DNA from: Bdellovibrionales bacterium
Lineage (GTDB): Bacteria > Bdellovibrionota > Bdellovibrionia > Bdellovibrionales > UBA1609
Direction of reading: 5' to 3'
Assembly: GCA_965200875.1 (NCBI GenBank)
Contig: OZ241456.1
Location: 32,001-96,000 of the forward strand
DNA length: 64,000 bases
Shown: positions 1 through 10,651 of the stretch, in pieces
Numbering within the stretch: position 1 is the stretch's first letter
Layout: each line of letters starts with the position of its first letter
The notes under the pieces: generated by a model
What the model was told of the DNA's origin: nothing
The model's input: only the letters and a program-made list of their open reading frames with translations
The model's database searches: none
Position numbers and translations under genes: made by a program

Positions 1-1301
1 ACTGGTTGTCCTTTTTCATGTGCAACTTCTATTTCCTCCACAATCGCATCAAATTTGGCCTTTTGGGTTTTATAAACAACATCATTCCAATCTTCCCGGC
101 GAATGGGTTTATTGGTGGGAACCACAAAAACCTTTAACTTATAAATTTTTTCAAATTCAACCGCTTCTGTTTCTGCTGTTCCTGTCATACCCGCCAGCTT
201 GGAATACATTCTGAAATAATTTTGAAAAGTCACAGAAGCCAAAGTTTGATTTTCTTTCTTTACCCGCACATTTTCCTTGGCTTCAATAGCCTGGTGCAGA
301 CCATCACTCCATCGCCTACCTGGCATGAGACGCCCTGTAAACTCATCCACAATGATCACCTCATTATCCTTGACCATATAATCCACATCCCTTTTAAAAA
401 GATGATGCGCTTTCAAGGCCTGATAAATATGATGCACTAGCTCAATATGAGCAATATCATAAAGATTTTTTATCTTTAACAGTTGCTCCACTTTGGAGTT
501 ACCCTCTTCTGTAAGAGAAACAGTTCTGGATTTTTCCTCCATAGTAAAATGCTGATCTTTGACCAGCTCAGGAATAACACGATTGATATAATGATATTTT
601 TCTGTGGAATCCTCTTTGGGGCCGGAAATAATAAGAGGGGTCCGCGCTTCATCTATTAAAATGGAATCACATTCATCCACAATGGCAAAGTTAAGCTCTC
701 TTTGCACACAATGACCAAGGTCAAATTTCATATTATCTCTTAAATAATCAAAACCAAATTCGTTATTTGTGCCATAAGTGATATCCGCCCCATAAGCCTT
801 TTTTCGCTCCTGATCCGTCAAGTCATGCAAAATAGCACCTGTGCTAAGTCCTAACCAATTATAAATCTGCCCCATCCACTCCGTATCTCTCCTAGCCAGA
901 TAATCATTTACGGTTACCACATGCACTCCTTTGCCTTCTAAAGCGTTTAGATAAACCGGCAAGGTTGCCACCAATGTTTTTCCCTCCCCCGTCTTCATTT
1001 CCGCAATTTGACCTCTGTGCAAAACCACACCTCCGATAAGTTGCACATCATAATGTCTCAATCCCAGCACTCGGCGGGCAGACTCCCGACAAACGGCAAA
1101 ACTCTCTGGCAGTAATTCCTCCAAAGAACGGCCTTTTTCCATTTGTTCCTTAAATTGTCTGGTTTTTCTTTTGAGATCTTCATGGGACAAAGCCCGCATA
1201 CCCTGTTCCAAAGAATTGATTTTTTCCACTAAAGGAGCAAAACTCTTCAACTCTCTTTCATGGTGAGTACCAAAAAGGCGGGTAAGAAAAGACTCTATCA
1301 T
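1..1301 (-). CDS. secA: Preprotein translocase ATPase SecA (5' part; runs off window start)
   Basis: Manual minus-strand translation from ATG at 1301: [12 protein letters not shown]...[10 protein letters not shown]...[17 protein letters not shown]...[22 protein letters not shown] upstream. Not in the ORF track because it is truncated. Confidence 0.97.
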   Translation of the reverse strand, partial: MIESFLTRLFGTHHERELKSFAPLVEKINSLEQGMRALSHEDLKRKTRQFKEQMEKGRSLEELLPESFAVCRESARRVLGLRHYDVQLIGGVVLHRGQIAEMKTGEGKTLVATLPVYLNALEGKGVHVVTVNDYLARRDTEWMGQIYNWLGLSTGAILHDLTDQERKKAYGADITYGTNNEFGFDYLRDNMKFDLGHCVQRELNFAIVDECDSILIDEARTPLIISGPKEDSTEKYHYINRVIPELVKDQHFTMEEKSRTVSLTEEGNSKVEQLLKIKNLYDIAHIELVHHIYQALKAHHLFKRDVDYMVKDNEVIIVDEFTGRLMPGRRWSDGLHQAIEAKENVRVKKENQTLASVTFQNYFRMYSKLAGMTGTAETEAVEFEKIYKLKVFVVPTNKPIRREDWNDVVYKTQKAKFDAIVEEIEVAHEKGQP

Positions 1302-1363
1302 TTTGAAATATACTCCTATGGATGAACGGTTTGTCCTCTAGGAAAAATTCAACCGGCAGGTTT

Positions 1364-2032
1364 TTATTTAAGCCAAAAAACAGGTCTAAAATCCTGAGGT
1401 ATTTTGACAGAGAATAAATTATCATCCACAGGAAAAGAAAACAAAGAATACTGAAAAGTAAAATGAAAATCAGTGCTTTTTAATGAGAGCGATCTCTTTT
1501 TTCCTCTTTCCCACTTAATCACCCAGACTGGATCCTGGCATTCCACCGGAAGGTTTTCTTTATCCGTCTTACAGGCCCAAGCTTTCCCAACAGGCTTTCG
1601 ATCAAAAAATACTTCCTTAAATAAGGAAGGACTAAAATTTTTCGGGAAAAAATCAGGAAAAACAGCCTTAATATCATGGCCTTTATAAAATTCCTTTCTT
1701 CGCAAAAACAACACAATAATATCATTTTTATTCCACAACATGGTGAAAACAGGAATCCCCAAAGAAGCGCGTACATCCATCCGCAGAGCATTTTCACGGG
1801 ATATAAAAATATCTCCTGAAAAATAATGTTTTTTCTTTTTCTGAACAATCAACATTGTGCCTGAAAAACCACCAGCTTGGTATGAACTCAGATCATGAGG
1901 AATGGCTGTTTTTTTTTTTAAAAAGGTCTGGCAGGATAAAACACTTGCCAAAAGAATGAAAAAAACTAAACAACTACACAGCCAACTGAATATACAACAG
2001 TTTTTTCTCCAGTTTTTTCCTTCTGTTCTCAT
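1364..2032 (-). CDS. Putative lipoprotein, LolB/DUF4292-like
   Basis: Hydrophobic signal ending VLSC, beta-rich body, directly downstream of a TPR lipoprotein. Start uncertain (ORF track 2080). Confidence 0.5.
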   Translation of the reverse strand: MRTEGKNWRKNCCIFSWLCSCLVFFILLASVLSCQTFLKKKTAIPHDLSSYQAGGFSGTMLIVQKKKKHYFSGDIFISRENALRMDVRASLGIPVFTMLWNKNDIIVLFLRRKEFYKGHDIKAVFPDFFPKNFSPSLFKEVFFDRKPVGKAWACKTDKENLPVECQDPVWVIKWERGKKRSLSLKSTDFHFTFQYSLFSFPVDDNLFSVKIPQDFRPVFWLK

Positions 2033-3500
2033 CGGCCTCCAACCCAATAGCTTTTTTGTACAAAGAAATGGATTTGTCAATCATATTCAAGTGATAATAA
2101 ACTTCCGCAAGATGTTCAGCAATCAAACCTTCGGCAGTGTTACCCTGATAAGCTCTTTTAAGATATTCCAGAGCCTTCTCTGTTTTCCCTCTTTTGAAAA
2201 ACACCCACCCTGCTGTATCCAGAATATAACTATCATTGGGAGAAAGAGAAAGTGCTTTTACAACCATTTTTTCCGCGGACTCCAGATTTTCATTTATTTC
2301 TGCATAAACAAAAGCAAGATGATTAAGAGCTTCCACATGATTAGTGTCAATTTTTAATACAGCTTTCATCCACTTGATAGCTTGATCTGTTTGGCCGGAT
2401 TGATCATATACAAAGCCTTTATAAAATAAAATATCCACATCTTTTGGAAAAATTTTGGAAGCCTGTGAAAGTATTTCCAAAGCTTTTGAAAAATTCTTTT
2501 TTCTTTCAAACAAGCTGGCGTACAAAGTATAAATATGCGAAGACACTCGTGGATATGTGGCCACTGTTTTCTCTAAAATAGAAATGGCTTTGCTATATTC
2601 CTTCTTTTGCCCCCACATCCAAGCCAAATGTGCCTGAAGCATCCAGTTTTCTGGCTGAGCTGACACAAAAGGTTCAAAATATCCAATAGCTTTTTCCCAA
2701 TGAGCTTTTTCTGCATAAAAACGAAATAAAATCAGAGAAACTTGTGGATAAAAACCCGAATTTTCATAAAAATCCTCTAAAACTGAAATCGCTTGCTCCC
2801 TTTTCCCCGCCTGTTGATAAAAAGAAAAAAGCTCCATCGCCGGGGCCAGAAAATCAGGTTGAAAATAAAGGGACTTCCTTAAATGAAACAAAAATTTTTG
2901 AACTTGGTCTTCCTGCTTATTAATCTGAGCCAGCAGATAGTGGATTTTATGCAGATTTTTTTTCCCTACCTGACTTAAAGTGACAAAGATCGGACGAGCC
3001 AGCGCGCTCTCACCTTTTTTTATATATAATAAGCCTTTCCTGTATAAAGCCTCTATATGATATGGTTTTTTTCTTAACACCCAGCTGTATTCAACAAGTG
3101 CTTTATTATACATAAGGTTTTTTTCATATATTTTCCCCATTTTTAAATGCAAAGCTAGGTTATCCGGCCACTTTTTCAAAAGCCTTGTGCATTGTGCAAA
3201 AGCCTCTAAATAAAGTTTTGCCTGAAAGTACTCATTCATTAAACGAAACTGCAGAAAAAAAGAATGAGGATGATAAACAAGAGCTGATTTAAAAGCCTCG
3301 ATAGCCTGCTCCCGCAAACCTTGGGAAGATTTTCCTTCTCCTCTTATATAGTGCCAATCCGCTTGGGATTGAAGATAATGATGATCCAGTATAAATTTTT
3401 GAACTGGTTTTTCTGAATTTTTGCCGGTTTTTTTAATAGACAAACTATGACAAGCTGTTATAAAAGGGATAAGAAACAAAAGAAGATATATTTTTTTCAT
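1974..3500 (-). CDS. TPR-repeat lipoprotein
   Basis: MKKIYLLLFLIPFITAC lipobox; multiple TPRs (ALNHLAFVYAE, YILDTAGWVFFKRG). Confidence 0.85.
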   Translation of the reverse strand: MKKIYLLLFLIPFITACHSLSIKKTGKNSEKPVQKFILDHHYLQSQADWHYIRGEGKSSQGLREQAIEAFKSALVYHPHSFFLQFRLMNEYFQAKLYLEAFAQCTRLLKKWPDNLALHLKMGKIYEKNLMYNKALVEYSWVLRKKPYHIEALYRKGLLYIKKGESALARPIFVTLSQVGKKNLHKIHYLLAQINKQEDQVQKFLFHLRKSLYFQPDFLAPAMELFSFYQQAGKREQAISVLEDFYENSGFYPQVSLILFRFYAEKAHWEKAIGYFEPFVSAQPENWMLQAHLAWMWGQKKEYSKAISILEKTVATYPRVSSHIYTLYASLFERKKNFSKALEILSQASKIFPKDVDILFYKGFVYDQSGQTDQAIKWMKAVLKIDTNHVEALNHLAFVYAEINENLESAEKMVVKALSLSPNDSYILDTAGWVFFKRGKTEKALEYLKRAYQGNTAEGLIAEHLAEVYYHLNMIDKSISLYKKAIGLEADENRRKKLEKKLLYIQLAV

Positions 3501-3718
3501 ACCTAGTGTATCGGCATGAAAAAAAAACACTTTACTTAAAAAAAACAAAATAACAGAAAATACAGTAAGTGTCTGTATTTACTTGAAGTAAAAATATTTT
3601 TTTTGGATTCGCTGAAAATCCTATACTTTAATTCTGTAAATATTTTTTTCAGTTTTTATCCTCCTTAATCTAACACAAAAAACACCATCAAAAAAATTAC
3701 AAAAAATAAAAACATATC

Positions 3719-3748
3719 TTGACAAATTGAGAAAATTCTCTTTATCAT
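3719..3748 (+). promoter_or_regulatory. Sigma70-like promoter with internal palindrome upstream of the PhaR-like gene
   Basis: TTGACA-18 bp-TATCAT; GAGAAAATTCTC dyad (3729-3740) in the spacer. Confidence 0.5.
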
Positions 3749-3821
3749 ACGCTCCAATAAAAACAAGAAAGTTCTTATACATTCCACGGACGATTTAAAC
3801 CTTAACAATAAGGAGGAAAGA

Positions 3822-4409
3822 GTGGACCAAAACATCATCCACAGAACAGCATCCATGAGTAACTCTCCAAGACAATCAAAAGCCAAAGTCATTAAACGAT
3901 ATGGCAATCGCAAGCTTTATGATACGGAAAAAAGCTCGTATGTCGTATTGAATGACATAGCCAAAATGATCCGCAACGAAGAGGAAGTACAGATCATTGA
4001 CAATGAAACAAAAGACGACATCACATCCGCCACCTTAATTCAAATCATTTTCGGATCTGAAAAAAAAGCCTCCCTGCCAGCACCTTTGCATGTTCTCAAG
4101 TCCATCATTAAAAAAGGGGATGGAAGTTTTTCCAATTATCTGTCCGAAATAGGTGTGTTAAAAAATCAAATAACAGATGAAGAAATAACTATAGAGGAAG
4201 ACGAAGATGAAGATGAAGACGAAAGTGACACAGATGATGACGACCTTTACAGTTCCTCAGCAAATCATCAGTTTCATTCACCTGAGACTTTGCCAGAAAG
4301 AATTGTGAATGCCATGAAGAAAAACTCTTCAGCGGAGAATGAAAAAACCATTCTTCCCGGTTCAAACAGCAACTTAGTGAAAGAAAAAGAAGAAGAAGAT
4401 AAAGACTGA
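3822..4409 (+). CDS. PhaR-like (PHA/PHB accumulation regulator) DNA-binding domain protein with acidic tail
   Basis: VIKRYGNRKLYDTEKSSYV...IIDNETKDDITSATLIQII matches the PHB_acc_N motif; AAGGAGG RBS before GTG. Confidence 0.85.
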   Translation: MDQNIIHRTASMSNSPRQSKAKVIKRYGNRKLYDTEKSSYVVLNDIAKMIRNEEEVQIIDNETKDDITSATLIQIIFGSEKKASLPAPLHVLKSIIKKGDGSFSNYLSEIGVLKNQITDEEITIEEDEDEDEDESDTDDDDLYSSSANHQFHSPETLPERIVNAMKKNSSAENEKTILPGSNSNLVKEKEEEDKD

Positions 4410-4430
4410 AAAGCTTTAATGGAAAAAATT

Positions 4431-4506
4431 TGGCTGTGGTGGAGGGACTCGAACCCCCGACCAAGTGGTTAACAGCCACCTGCTCTACCAGCTGAGCTAC
4501 ACCACA
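4431..4506 (-). tRNA. tRNA-Asn (GTT)
   Basis: TGTGGTG/CACCACA acceptor stem, TAGCTCAGCTGGTAGAGC D arm, CTGTTAA anticodon loop, GTTCGAGT T loop, encoded CCA. Confidence 0.96.
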
Positions 4507-4521
4507 ATCCTATAAACTCAG

Positions 4522-4550
4522 AGCTTAAAGAAGGGATATTTTTCTGTCAA
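4522..4550 (-). promoter_or_regulatory. Sigma70-like promoter for tRNA-Asn
   Basis: TTGACA-17 bp-TAAGCT on the minus strand, about 15 nt upstream of the tRNA. Confidence 0.5.
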
Positions 4551-4555
4551 TAAAC

Positions 4556-4852
4556 TTATTTCTTGATGAATTTTTTCGATGAATTTTCAGAATTTGTCTT
4601 TATCCGGAAAGACCGTTCCCTAGGCGGTGGATTTGTCACAGAAAACACTCCCTTTAAACCCGCCTTAAAACCTGGAGTATTTGTCTGCTTTATAAGAAAA
4701 AGCACAAATAAAAAACCCATTACCATAATATTGAGTTTTATATACCAAGAAATTCCTATTTTTCTTTTATTCCAAAAAGCCGGACGAGAGCCTGGAGAAA
4801 ATTCTTTTGATTCTTGTTCTCTGTCTGATTCCACCAAGCTGTTTAAAAACAT
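4556..4852 (-). CDS. Hypothetical single-TM protein
   Basis: 98-aa ORF between the two tRNAs, same strand, one hydrophobic segment. Confidence 0.35.
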   Translation of the reverse strand: MFLNSLVESDREQESKEFSPGSRPAFWNKRKIGISWYIKLNIMVMGFLFVLFLIKQTNTPGFKAGLKGVFSVTNPPPRERSFRIKTNSENSSKKFIKK

Positions 4853-4973
4853 AACATACCCTTTTTTTTTAACTTACTTTGAAAGTTTTAGTCCCCAGAC
4901 ATACAAAGCCTTTGAATAATCAATCGGTTTAAAATCGACAGAGGAGTGCCCATTATCCACCACTATAAACATA

Positions 4974-5060
4974 CGGAGAGGGTGAGATTCGAACTCACGA
5001 GACCTGTGAAGGTCTGCCGGTTTTCAAGACCGGTGCATTCAACCACTCTGCCACCTCTCC
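4974..5060 (-). tRNA. tRNA-Ser (TGA)
   Basis: GGAGAGG/CCTCTCC acceptor, CTTGAAA anticodon loop, long variable arm AGACCTTCACAGGTCT, GTTCGAAT; CCA not encoded. Confidence 0.95.
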
Positions 5061-5143
5061 AGTTTTTTCTGGACCTTATTTTTTACACTCGGAGAGATTA
5101 TAAATACAAAACCCGTCTAGCTCGGGATTCAAATATATATTAT

Positions 5144-5419
5144 TTATCCACTGTCTGCTATCAGTATGTATGCTTTCATAAGAAAAATTATCAAAATAAA
5201 AAACACATCAACCAATAAAACACTTAAAAATCCCATTTTTTTTACCAAAGTAAAGAAAGCAAAACTCACTGTCAAAAAAATAAACATAAAGGAAAAGTAA
5301 CCATAATCCATCAAGGACTGACCTATTATGGAAAGGAAAATCCCGGTTAAAACTGCGGAAAAAAGCTTAAAAAGAAAAGTAATATATTTTTTAATAAGCA
5401 ATTTTTTTGGCTGTAACAT
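5144..5419 (-). CDS. Small membrane protein (about 3 TM)
   Basis: Hydrophobic 91-aa ORF co-oriented with the upstream operon. Confidence 0.65.
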   Translation of the reverse strand: MLQPKKLLIKKYITFLFKLFSAVLTGIFLSIIGQSLMDYGYFSFMFIFLTVSFAFFTLVKKMGFLSVLLVDVFFILIIFLMKAYILIADSG

Positions 5420-5499
5420 TTTTTTCTCTCAAAATTACAGGGATTTTTCTCTCCCTTTTATACAGAAAAACCAAGGTTTCAGAAACTTCTTTTCCCCAT

Positions 5500-8445
5500 T
5501 TAACCACAGTTTTCCTCTGTCTTCCCAGTCAGTTTAGACAGTTTTTTCATTCTTTTTTCAATATCCCTACGATCAGGTGCTCTGGGCATCAAATTTAAAT
5601 AATTACAATAAGAACCTGTAGCTTCCTGATAATCCCCTCTGATTTCATAGATAATTCCAAACTCTTTGTACAACAAAGGATCACCTGACTTTGTATCACC
5701 ATCCTCTCCTTTGGCTTTTTTAAGAATTTTCACAGCTAAATCCAAGTGGCCGGAACCTCTATAACAACGTGCTGTTTTGACATAAAAGTTCATATTATCC
5801 GGGTTTAATTCAACAGCTTTTTGGTATTCCACAGCACAATCTAAAAACTTTCCCATTTTTTCATACGATTCTCCCGCCAGCAAATAAGGGGTAATGAGTT
5901 TTGGATTGGAGCGACTTTCTAAACGAGCTTGGTTAATAGCTGTTTCATAATCTCCTTTTAAAAAAGCAATTCTTCCCAGATAATAATGAGCTTTTGGATA
6001 TAATTTGTTTAAAGCCAGAGCTTTTTCAAAATGTCTTTTGGCCTCTGGATATCTTTTTTCTTTCAAGCGAAGCTGACCTATATAAAAGGTAGGTAAAGGA
6101 TCTGAAGGATTTATAATAGCAGACTTTAAAAAGGCTTCATAAGCACTTTTAAAGTCTCCATTAAACATAAAAATCCGACCCAGATAAAAATAAGCTTCAT
6201 TATATTTGGGTTCAATATCAATAATTTTAAGCAACGCAGACTGCGCTCTGCCATACTGTTCATCCGTAAATAAATATTTCACCAGTTCCATACGATACTT
6301 GATAGCAAGCGGATAATTTTCCACCAACTTTTGAAAGTAGTTTACTCCTGTATCCACTCCATAAACATTTCCCAGTGCTTTTGCATAAGCAATTTGTGTT
6401 TTTGTCGCGTTAGGATCCACCTCCAACCCTCGCGTGGCAAAAGCTAGGGCTTCATCCACATCACCTGTTTTTCCATAAGCTTCAGATAAAATCACATACG
6501 ATTCCATATCCGCTTCATATATTTTTAAAGCCATTTTAGCGTACCGAATGGCTTTATTGTAATCCTCTCTTTTCATGGATACATAAGCTTTTCCCCGGTA
6601 AAGCTCATAACTTCTGGGCACTTTTCGAAAAGCTATTTCTAAAATCCTATTGGCATTATGAAAATCATACTTCTCAGAATAATATTCTGACATTAACACA
6701 TAAGCCTCCATCATAACGGGATTGATATTAATAGCCTTTTTCAACCAAGAAAGAGCCTGAGCAGAAAAACTTAAAGCCCAGTAACTTTTTGCCACTTTAA
6801 CCGCGACCATTGCATTTTGCCCTCTATCCACTTCAAAAGCCTCTTCATAATATCCAATCGCCTGACGAAATTTGTTATCTAAAACCAGCTGATCCGCCTC
6901 GTAAATCAGCTGATGACTTCTTACCTGTGTCTGTTTGAGTGTTTCCACACCTCCAATCTGAATAATTAAATTCCGAATGGTTTTATTGGCAGGATTATAG
7001 CTATAAGCCCGGCGGGCGTATTCAAGGGTTTTTCCCATATCCTTTTTTTTCATACTAATTTCCGCCAAAGCAAAATAAGCTTCTGAGAGAGTTCTATAGG
7101 AAACAATTTCCGGATCACTTAAAGCTGTTTTTAATGTGCTTTCCGCTTTAGCTGTTTTATGGAAATATTTATATTCCATCAAACCTATTTTAAGTTTGAC
7201 CTCTTTATGTCCGGGTTCCAAGCTTAAAACTTTTTTATATATGGCCAAAGCTCTAGCCGGTTTATTTTGTTTCACCAAAACATCACCCATTATCATATAA
7301 GGAGCACTCCATTTAGGCAGAATTGTTTGAACTGTATTCAAATAACTGATCATATTTGCGTAATCATTCAAATAATACAAAACCCTAGCTTTCAAGTAAT
7401 AAAAAAGAGGCACAAGTTTTTGTGATTCCACATCTTTTACAGATCCGCTTAACCCATCCAGAGAACTTTCCACCATTGTCTTGGCATCCTCATATTTCCC
7501 TTTGATAAGTAGCCCCACAGAGTGGCACAAACCAGATCTGACACCTCCTTTATTTAAAAGCCCTGCTCTATTAATTAACAGAGATACAGCATTTGTGGCT
7601 TTCAGGTCTTGTCGAGTAAAAGGCCATAGCTCCAAATACACAAGACAAAGCATGGCCATTGTGTAAGTGTCTTTAGGGTCCCCTTCTATCGCGCTCACGA
7701 ATAAAGTTTGCGCTTTCCCATAAGAAGAAACAGTGCCCCGCAAATAATTCAAAAGACCTTGTTTTATCAACAGGTCTTTTTGCTGAGGGGAAATGGATGG
7801 TTGTCTTTTTTTAGCAACCGCCAGTGTAACATATTCCTGTACAGATTTTTGCTCCGTTTCATACTGAAAAAAGAAAAACACCAATATTCCCAAAACTCCC
7901 AACAAAAAGATCAGTCTTTTTTTTCGAAAAGAAGGAGGTTGATTTTCACTCACTCCCTCTTCACTCAAAATCTCTTCCGGTTCCAAAAGATCGTAGCTCT
8001 CCTCTTCTGGGTGATAAAGGACTGTTTTTTCCACCGAAGATTTCGTTTTTTTCTTTACCCGAAAAGAATCTTTTTTTCTTTGTTTTTCCTTATACTTACG
8101 AAGAGATTTTAATTCATTCACATCAATCATTACTGTCGCAGAAGACCTACTCACACTCTCCGGAAAAGAAGAAGACTTCCGGGAAGAACGTCCAACAGAA
8201 GGAGCAGAAGCAGAAGAAACCGTATTCCCATCCTGGCCATCTACCTGGGATAAAACCTGCAAAAGCTGTTCATAAAACTGGGGTTCAACAGATACAGGCT
8301 TCCACTTACCACCGGGATATTCAGCAATAGTTTCTTCACCTTCAATTGTTTTTTCCTTAATAAGCTTAATAATGTCGTCTGAAGACAAAGGTCCCTGAAT
8401 ACGACCATTTTTACTTTTAATCAGCCAAAGCTTTTTTGAACTCAT
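5500..8445 (-). CDS. Large TPR protein with N-terminal GYF-like domain and single TM
   Basis: N-term WLIKSKNGRIQGPLS...GGKWKPV (GYF_2-like), TM LIFLLGVLGILVFFFF, many TPRs. Confidence 0.85.
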   Translation of the reverse strand: MSSKKLWLIKSKNGRIQGPLSSDDIIKLIKEKTIEGEETIAEYPGGKWKPVSVEPQFYEQLLQVLSQVDGQDGNTVSSASAPSVGRSSRKSSSFPESVSRSSATVMIDVNELKSLRKYKEKQRKKDSFRVKKKTKSSVEKTVLYHPEEESYDLLEPEEILSEEGVSENQPPSFRKKRLIFLLGVLGILVFFFFQYETEQKSVQEYVTLAVAKKRQPSISPQQKDLLIKQGLLNYLRGTVSSYGKAQTLFVSAIEGDPKDTYTMAMLCLVYLELWPFTRQDLKATNAVSLLINRAGLLNKGGVRSGLCHSVGLLIKGKYEDAKTMVESSLDGLSGSVKDVESQKLVPLFYYLKARVLYYLNDYANMISYLNTVQTILPKWSAPYMIMGDVLVKQNKPARALAIYKKVLSLEPGHKEVKLKIGLMEYKYFHKTAKAESTLKTALSDPEIVSYRTLSEAYFALAEISMKKKDMGKTLEYARRAYSYNPANKTIRNLIIQIGGVETLKQTQVRSHQLIYEADQLVLDNKFRQAIGYYEEAFEVDRGQNAMVAVKVAKSYWALSFSAQALSWLKKAININPVMMEAYVLMSEYYSEKYDFHNANRILEIAFRKVPRSYELYRGKAYVSMKREDYNKAIRYAKMALKIYEADMESYVILSEAYGKTGDVDEALAFATRGLEVDPNATKTQIAYAKALGNVYGVDTGVNYFQKLVENYPLAIKYRMELVKYLFTDEQYGRAQSALLKIIDIEPKYNEAYFYLGRIFMFNGDFKSAYEAFLKSAIINPSDPLPTFYIGQLRLKEKRYPEAKRHFEKALALNKLYPKAHYYLGRIAFLKGDYETAINQARLESRSNPKLITPYLLAGESYEKMGKFLDCAVEYQKAVELNPDNMNFYVKTARCYRGSGHLDLAVKILKKAKGEDGDTKSGDPLLYKEFGIIYEIRGDYQEATGSYCNYLNLMPRAPDRRDIEKRMKKLSKLTGKTEENCG

Positions 8446-8460
8446 AGTTCCACCATATTC

Positions 8461-9717
8461 TTACTTTAATCTCTTAATATCCGCCCCTAAGCCAGATAAT
8501 TTTTCTTCCAGACACTCATATCCACGATCTAAATGATAAACTCTATGCAAAACAGTTTCTCCAACAGCCACCAAACCTGCCAAAACGAGACAAGCACTGG
8601 CCCGAAGATCTGTCGCCGTCACCGGAGCACCCTGCAACGGCCTTCCGGCTTTCACTAAAGCCGTATGAGCATCTAAATGAATATCCGCTCCCAATCGAAC
8701 CAACTCCTGAATATGCATAAAACGATTCTCAAAAATAGTTTCCCGAATGGAAGACACTCCTTTTGTTATCTGCGTCATCAATGCCATAAACTGAGCCTGA
8801 AGATCTGTGGGAAACCCTGGATAAGGGGATGTCACAATATCCACACCGGTAAAATCAGAAGGAGAAGAAAGTTTCACGGATGTTTCACTCATTTTTATAA
8901 AAAAACCGGCTGTTTCCAACTTCAAAAGCAAAGCATCCAGATGACTCGGAATACAGGAGGAAACGAGAATATTTCCTTTTGTAATCGCTCCTGCCAGCAG
9001 AATTGTGCCCGCTTCAATGCGATCGGGAATCACTGTATGCTCTGCCGGAAACAAAGTTCCTTTTGGAGTAATTTGAATTAAATCTGTTCCCGCACCTTTT
9101 ACCAAAGCCCCCATTTTATTTAAATATTCTGCGAGATCCAAAATTTCTGGCTCCCGTGCCGCATTTTCAATGACAGTGTCCCCTTCCGCCAGACAAGCCG
9201 CCATCATAAGATTTTCTGTTCCTCCTACAGTAGGATAATCCAGCAAAATCCGTGCACCAGTAAGTTTTTTTTCTACTTTAGCAGAAATAACCCCTTTAAT
9301 TACTTCAATACGCGCACCCATTTTTTTTAAACCCTTTAAATGCAAATCAACAGATCTGGTTCCAATGGCGCACCCTCCCGGCAAACTCACTGCCGCAAAA
9401 TTATACCGGGCCAATAAAGGTCCCAGGGAAAGCACTCCCGCTCTCATTTTCCGAACCAAATGATAAGGAGCTTTTAAAGATTTTAACTTTTTGGTTTTTA
9501 TTTTTAAAGTATGACCATCCCTTTGAATATCAGAACCAAAATGCTGTAACAGTAGACAAGAGGTTTCCACATCCTTTAAAACCGGAACATTATGAAAAAT
9601 ATGTTCCCCTTCTGCCAATAAACTGGAGAAAAGCAACGGCAAAGCGGAATTTTTTGAACCACTTACATGCACTTCCCCATTTAACTGTTTGCCACCTGTA
9701 ATACTGATTTTATCCAT
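8461..9717 (-). CDS. murA: UDP-N-acetylglucosamine 1-carboxyvinyltransferase
   Basis: [44 protein letters not shown]. Confidence 0.97.
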   Translation of the reverse strand: MDKISITGGKQLNGEVHVSGSKNSALPLLFSSLLAEGEHIFHNVPVLKDVETSCLLLQHFGSDIQRDGHTLKIKTKKLKSLKAPYHLVRKMRAGVLSLGPLLARYNFAAVSLPGGCAIGTRSVDLHLKGLKKMGARIEVIKGVISAKVEKKLTGARILLDYPTVGGTENLMMAACLAEGDTVIENAAREPEILDLAEYLNKMGALVKGAGTDLIQITPKGTLFPAEHTVIPDRIEAGTILLAGAITKGNILVSSCIPSHLDALLLKLETAGFFIKMSETSVKLSSPSDFTGVDIVTSPYPGFPTDLQAQFMALMTQITKGVSSIRETIFENRFMHIQELVRLGADIHLDAHTALVKAGRPLQGAPVTATDLRASACLVLAGLVAVGETVLHRVYHLDRGYECLEEKLSGLGADIKRLK

Positions 9718-10651
9718 TGCACTTTTGAAGTTGAATAACACGAACTACATGAGACAGATCCCTAAACTCTCTCACTTTCCGCATTTTGTTTTGAATCAGT
9801 TTCAAAAAAGACATATCCTGCCCGGCCCCAATTTCAAAAAAATACTGTCCTCCGGGTTTTAGCAATTTAATGGCCAAATTCAACCAAGAACGAATATGAT
9901 AAAGACCTTCTTCTTTGGAAAATAAAGCCAAAGCGGGTTCAAAAGCCACCACTTCTTTTTGCACTCTGCTGTCATCAAAGGCAATATATGGCGGGTTTGC
10001 CACAATAATATCCATTTTCCCGTATCCGGTTTGTTCCCACTTTAAGAGATCTTTTTTTAAAAACCGCACTCGATCTGAAACTCCACTTCTTATTGCGTTA
10101 GCTTTACTCACTTCCAACGCACATTCATTCAAATCAATGGCTGTTAAAAAAGCCTTCGGCAAACTGGCCAAAAGACTTAACCCCACACAACCACTGCCAC
10201 TGCCAAAGTCCATAATATTCAGTTTTTCCTCTTTCCCATAGCAGGATAACACAGCGGAAACAAGAGTCTCCGTCTCCGGGCGGGGAATAAACACACCGGG
10301 TTTCACCATAAACTCATATCCATAAAAATCTTTTTTACCGGTTATATAAGCCAGAGGCTGGCCTGTTATTCGCTGTTTAAAAAATGAATGAAACTGTCGA
10401 ATTTGCCTCTTGTTTAACCTTTGATCCCAATGAATATAAAGCTCAGATCTATTACAGCACAAAACATAACTTAAAAGCAATTCCACTTCCAACCGACTGA
10501 CTTTTTTAGGAATATAAGAAGAAAAAAATTGAATCATTTCCCCACGAGTAAAAAGCTCCTGCTCCTGCAAGAGTTTTTTTTTAAGACAGGAGAACTGCTT
10601 TAAATTTTCTGCAAACTTCAAATCCAAACAGTTTAAACTCCCCATAGTCAC
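9710..10651 (-). CDS. prmC: Release factor glutamine methyltransferase
   Basis: PLAYITG, FIPRPETE, DFGSGSG, NPPY; follows prfA. Confidence 0.95.
   Translation of the reverse strand: MTMGSLNCLDLKFAENLKQFSCLKKKLLQEQELFTRGEMIQFFSSYIPKKVSRLEVELLLSYVLCCNRSELYIHWDQRLNKRQIRQFHSFFKQRITGQPLAYITGKKDFYGYEFMVKPGVFIPRPETETLVSAVLSCYGKEEKLNIMDFGSGSGCVGLSLLASLPKAFLTAIDLNECALEVSKANAIRSGVSDRVRFLKKDLLKWEQTGYGKMDIIVANPPYIAFDDSRVQKEVVAFEPALALFSKEEGLYHIRSWLNLAIKLLKPGGQYFFEIGAGQDMSFLKLIQNKMRKVREFRDLSHVVRVIQLQKCNG

Noticed and set aside
20..440. Short + strand ORFs at the window start
   Set aside because: Antisense shadows of secA; the many other short ORFs nested in housekeeping genes are rejected for the same reason.
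4431..5060. tRNA-anchored genomic island
   Set aside because: No integrase and no duplicated tRNA 3' end noticed in the window.
4189..5218. ORFs 4189-4479 (-) and 4946-5218 (+)
   Set aside because: They overlap tRNA-Asn and tRNA-Ser; translation artefacts.
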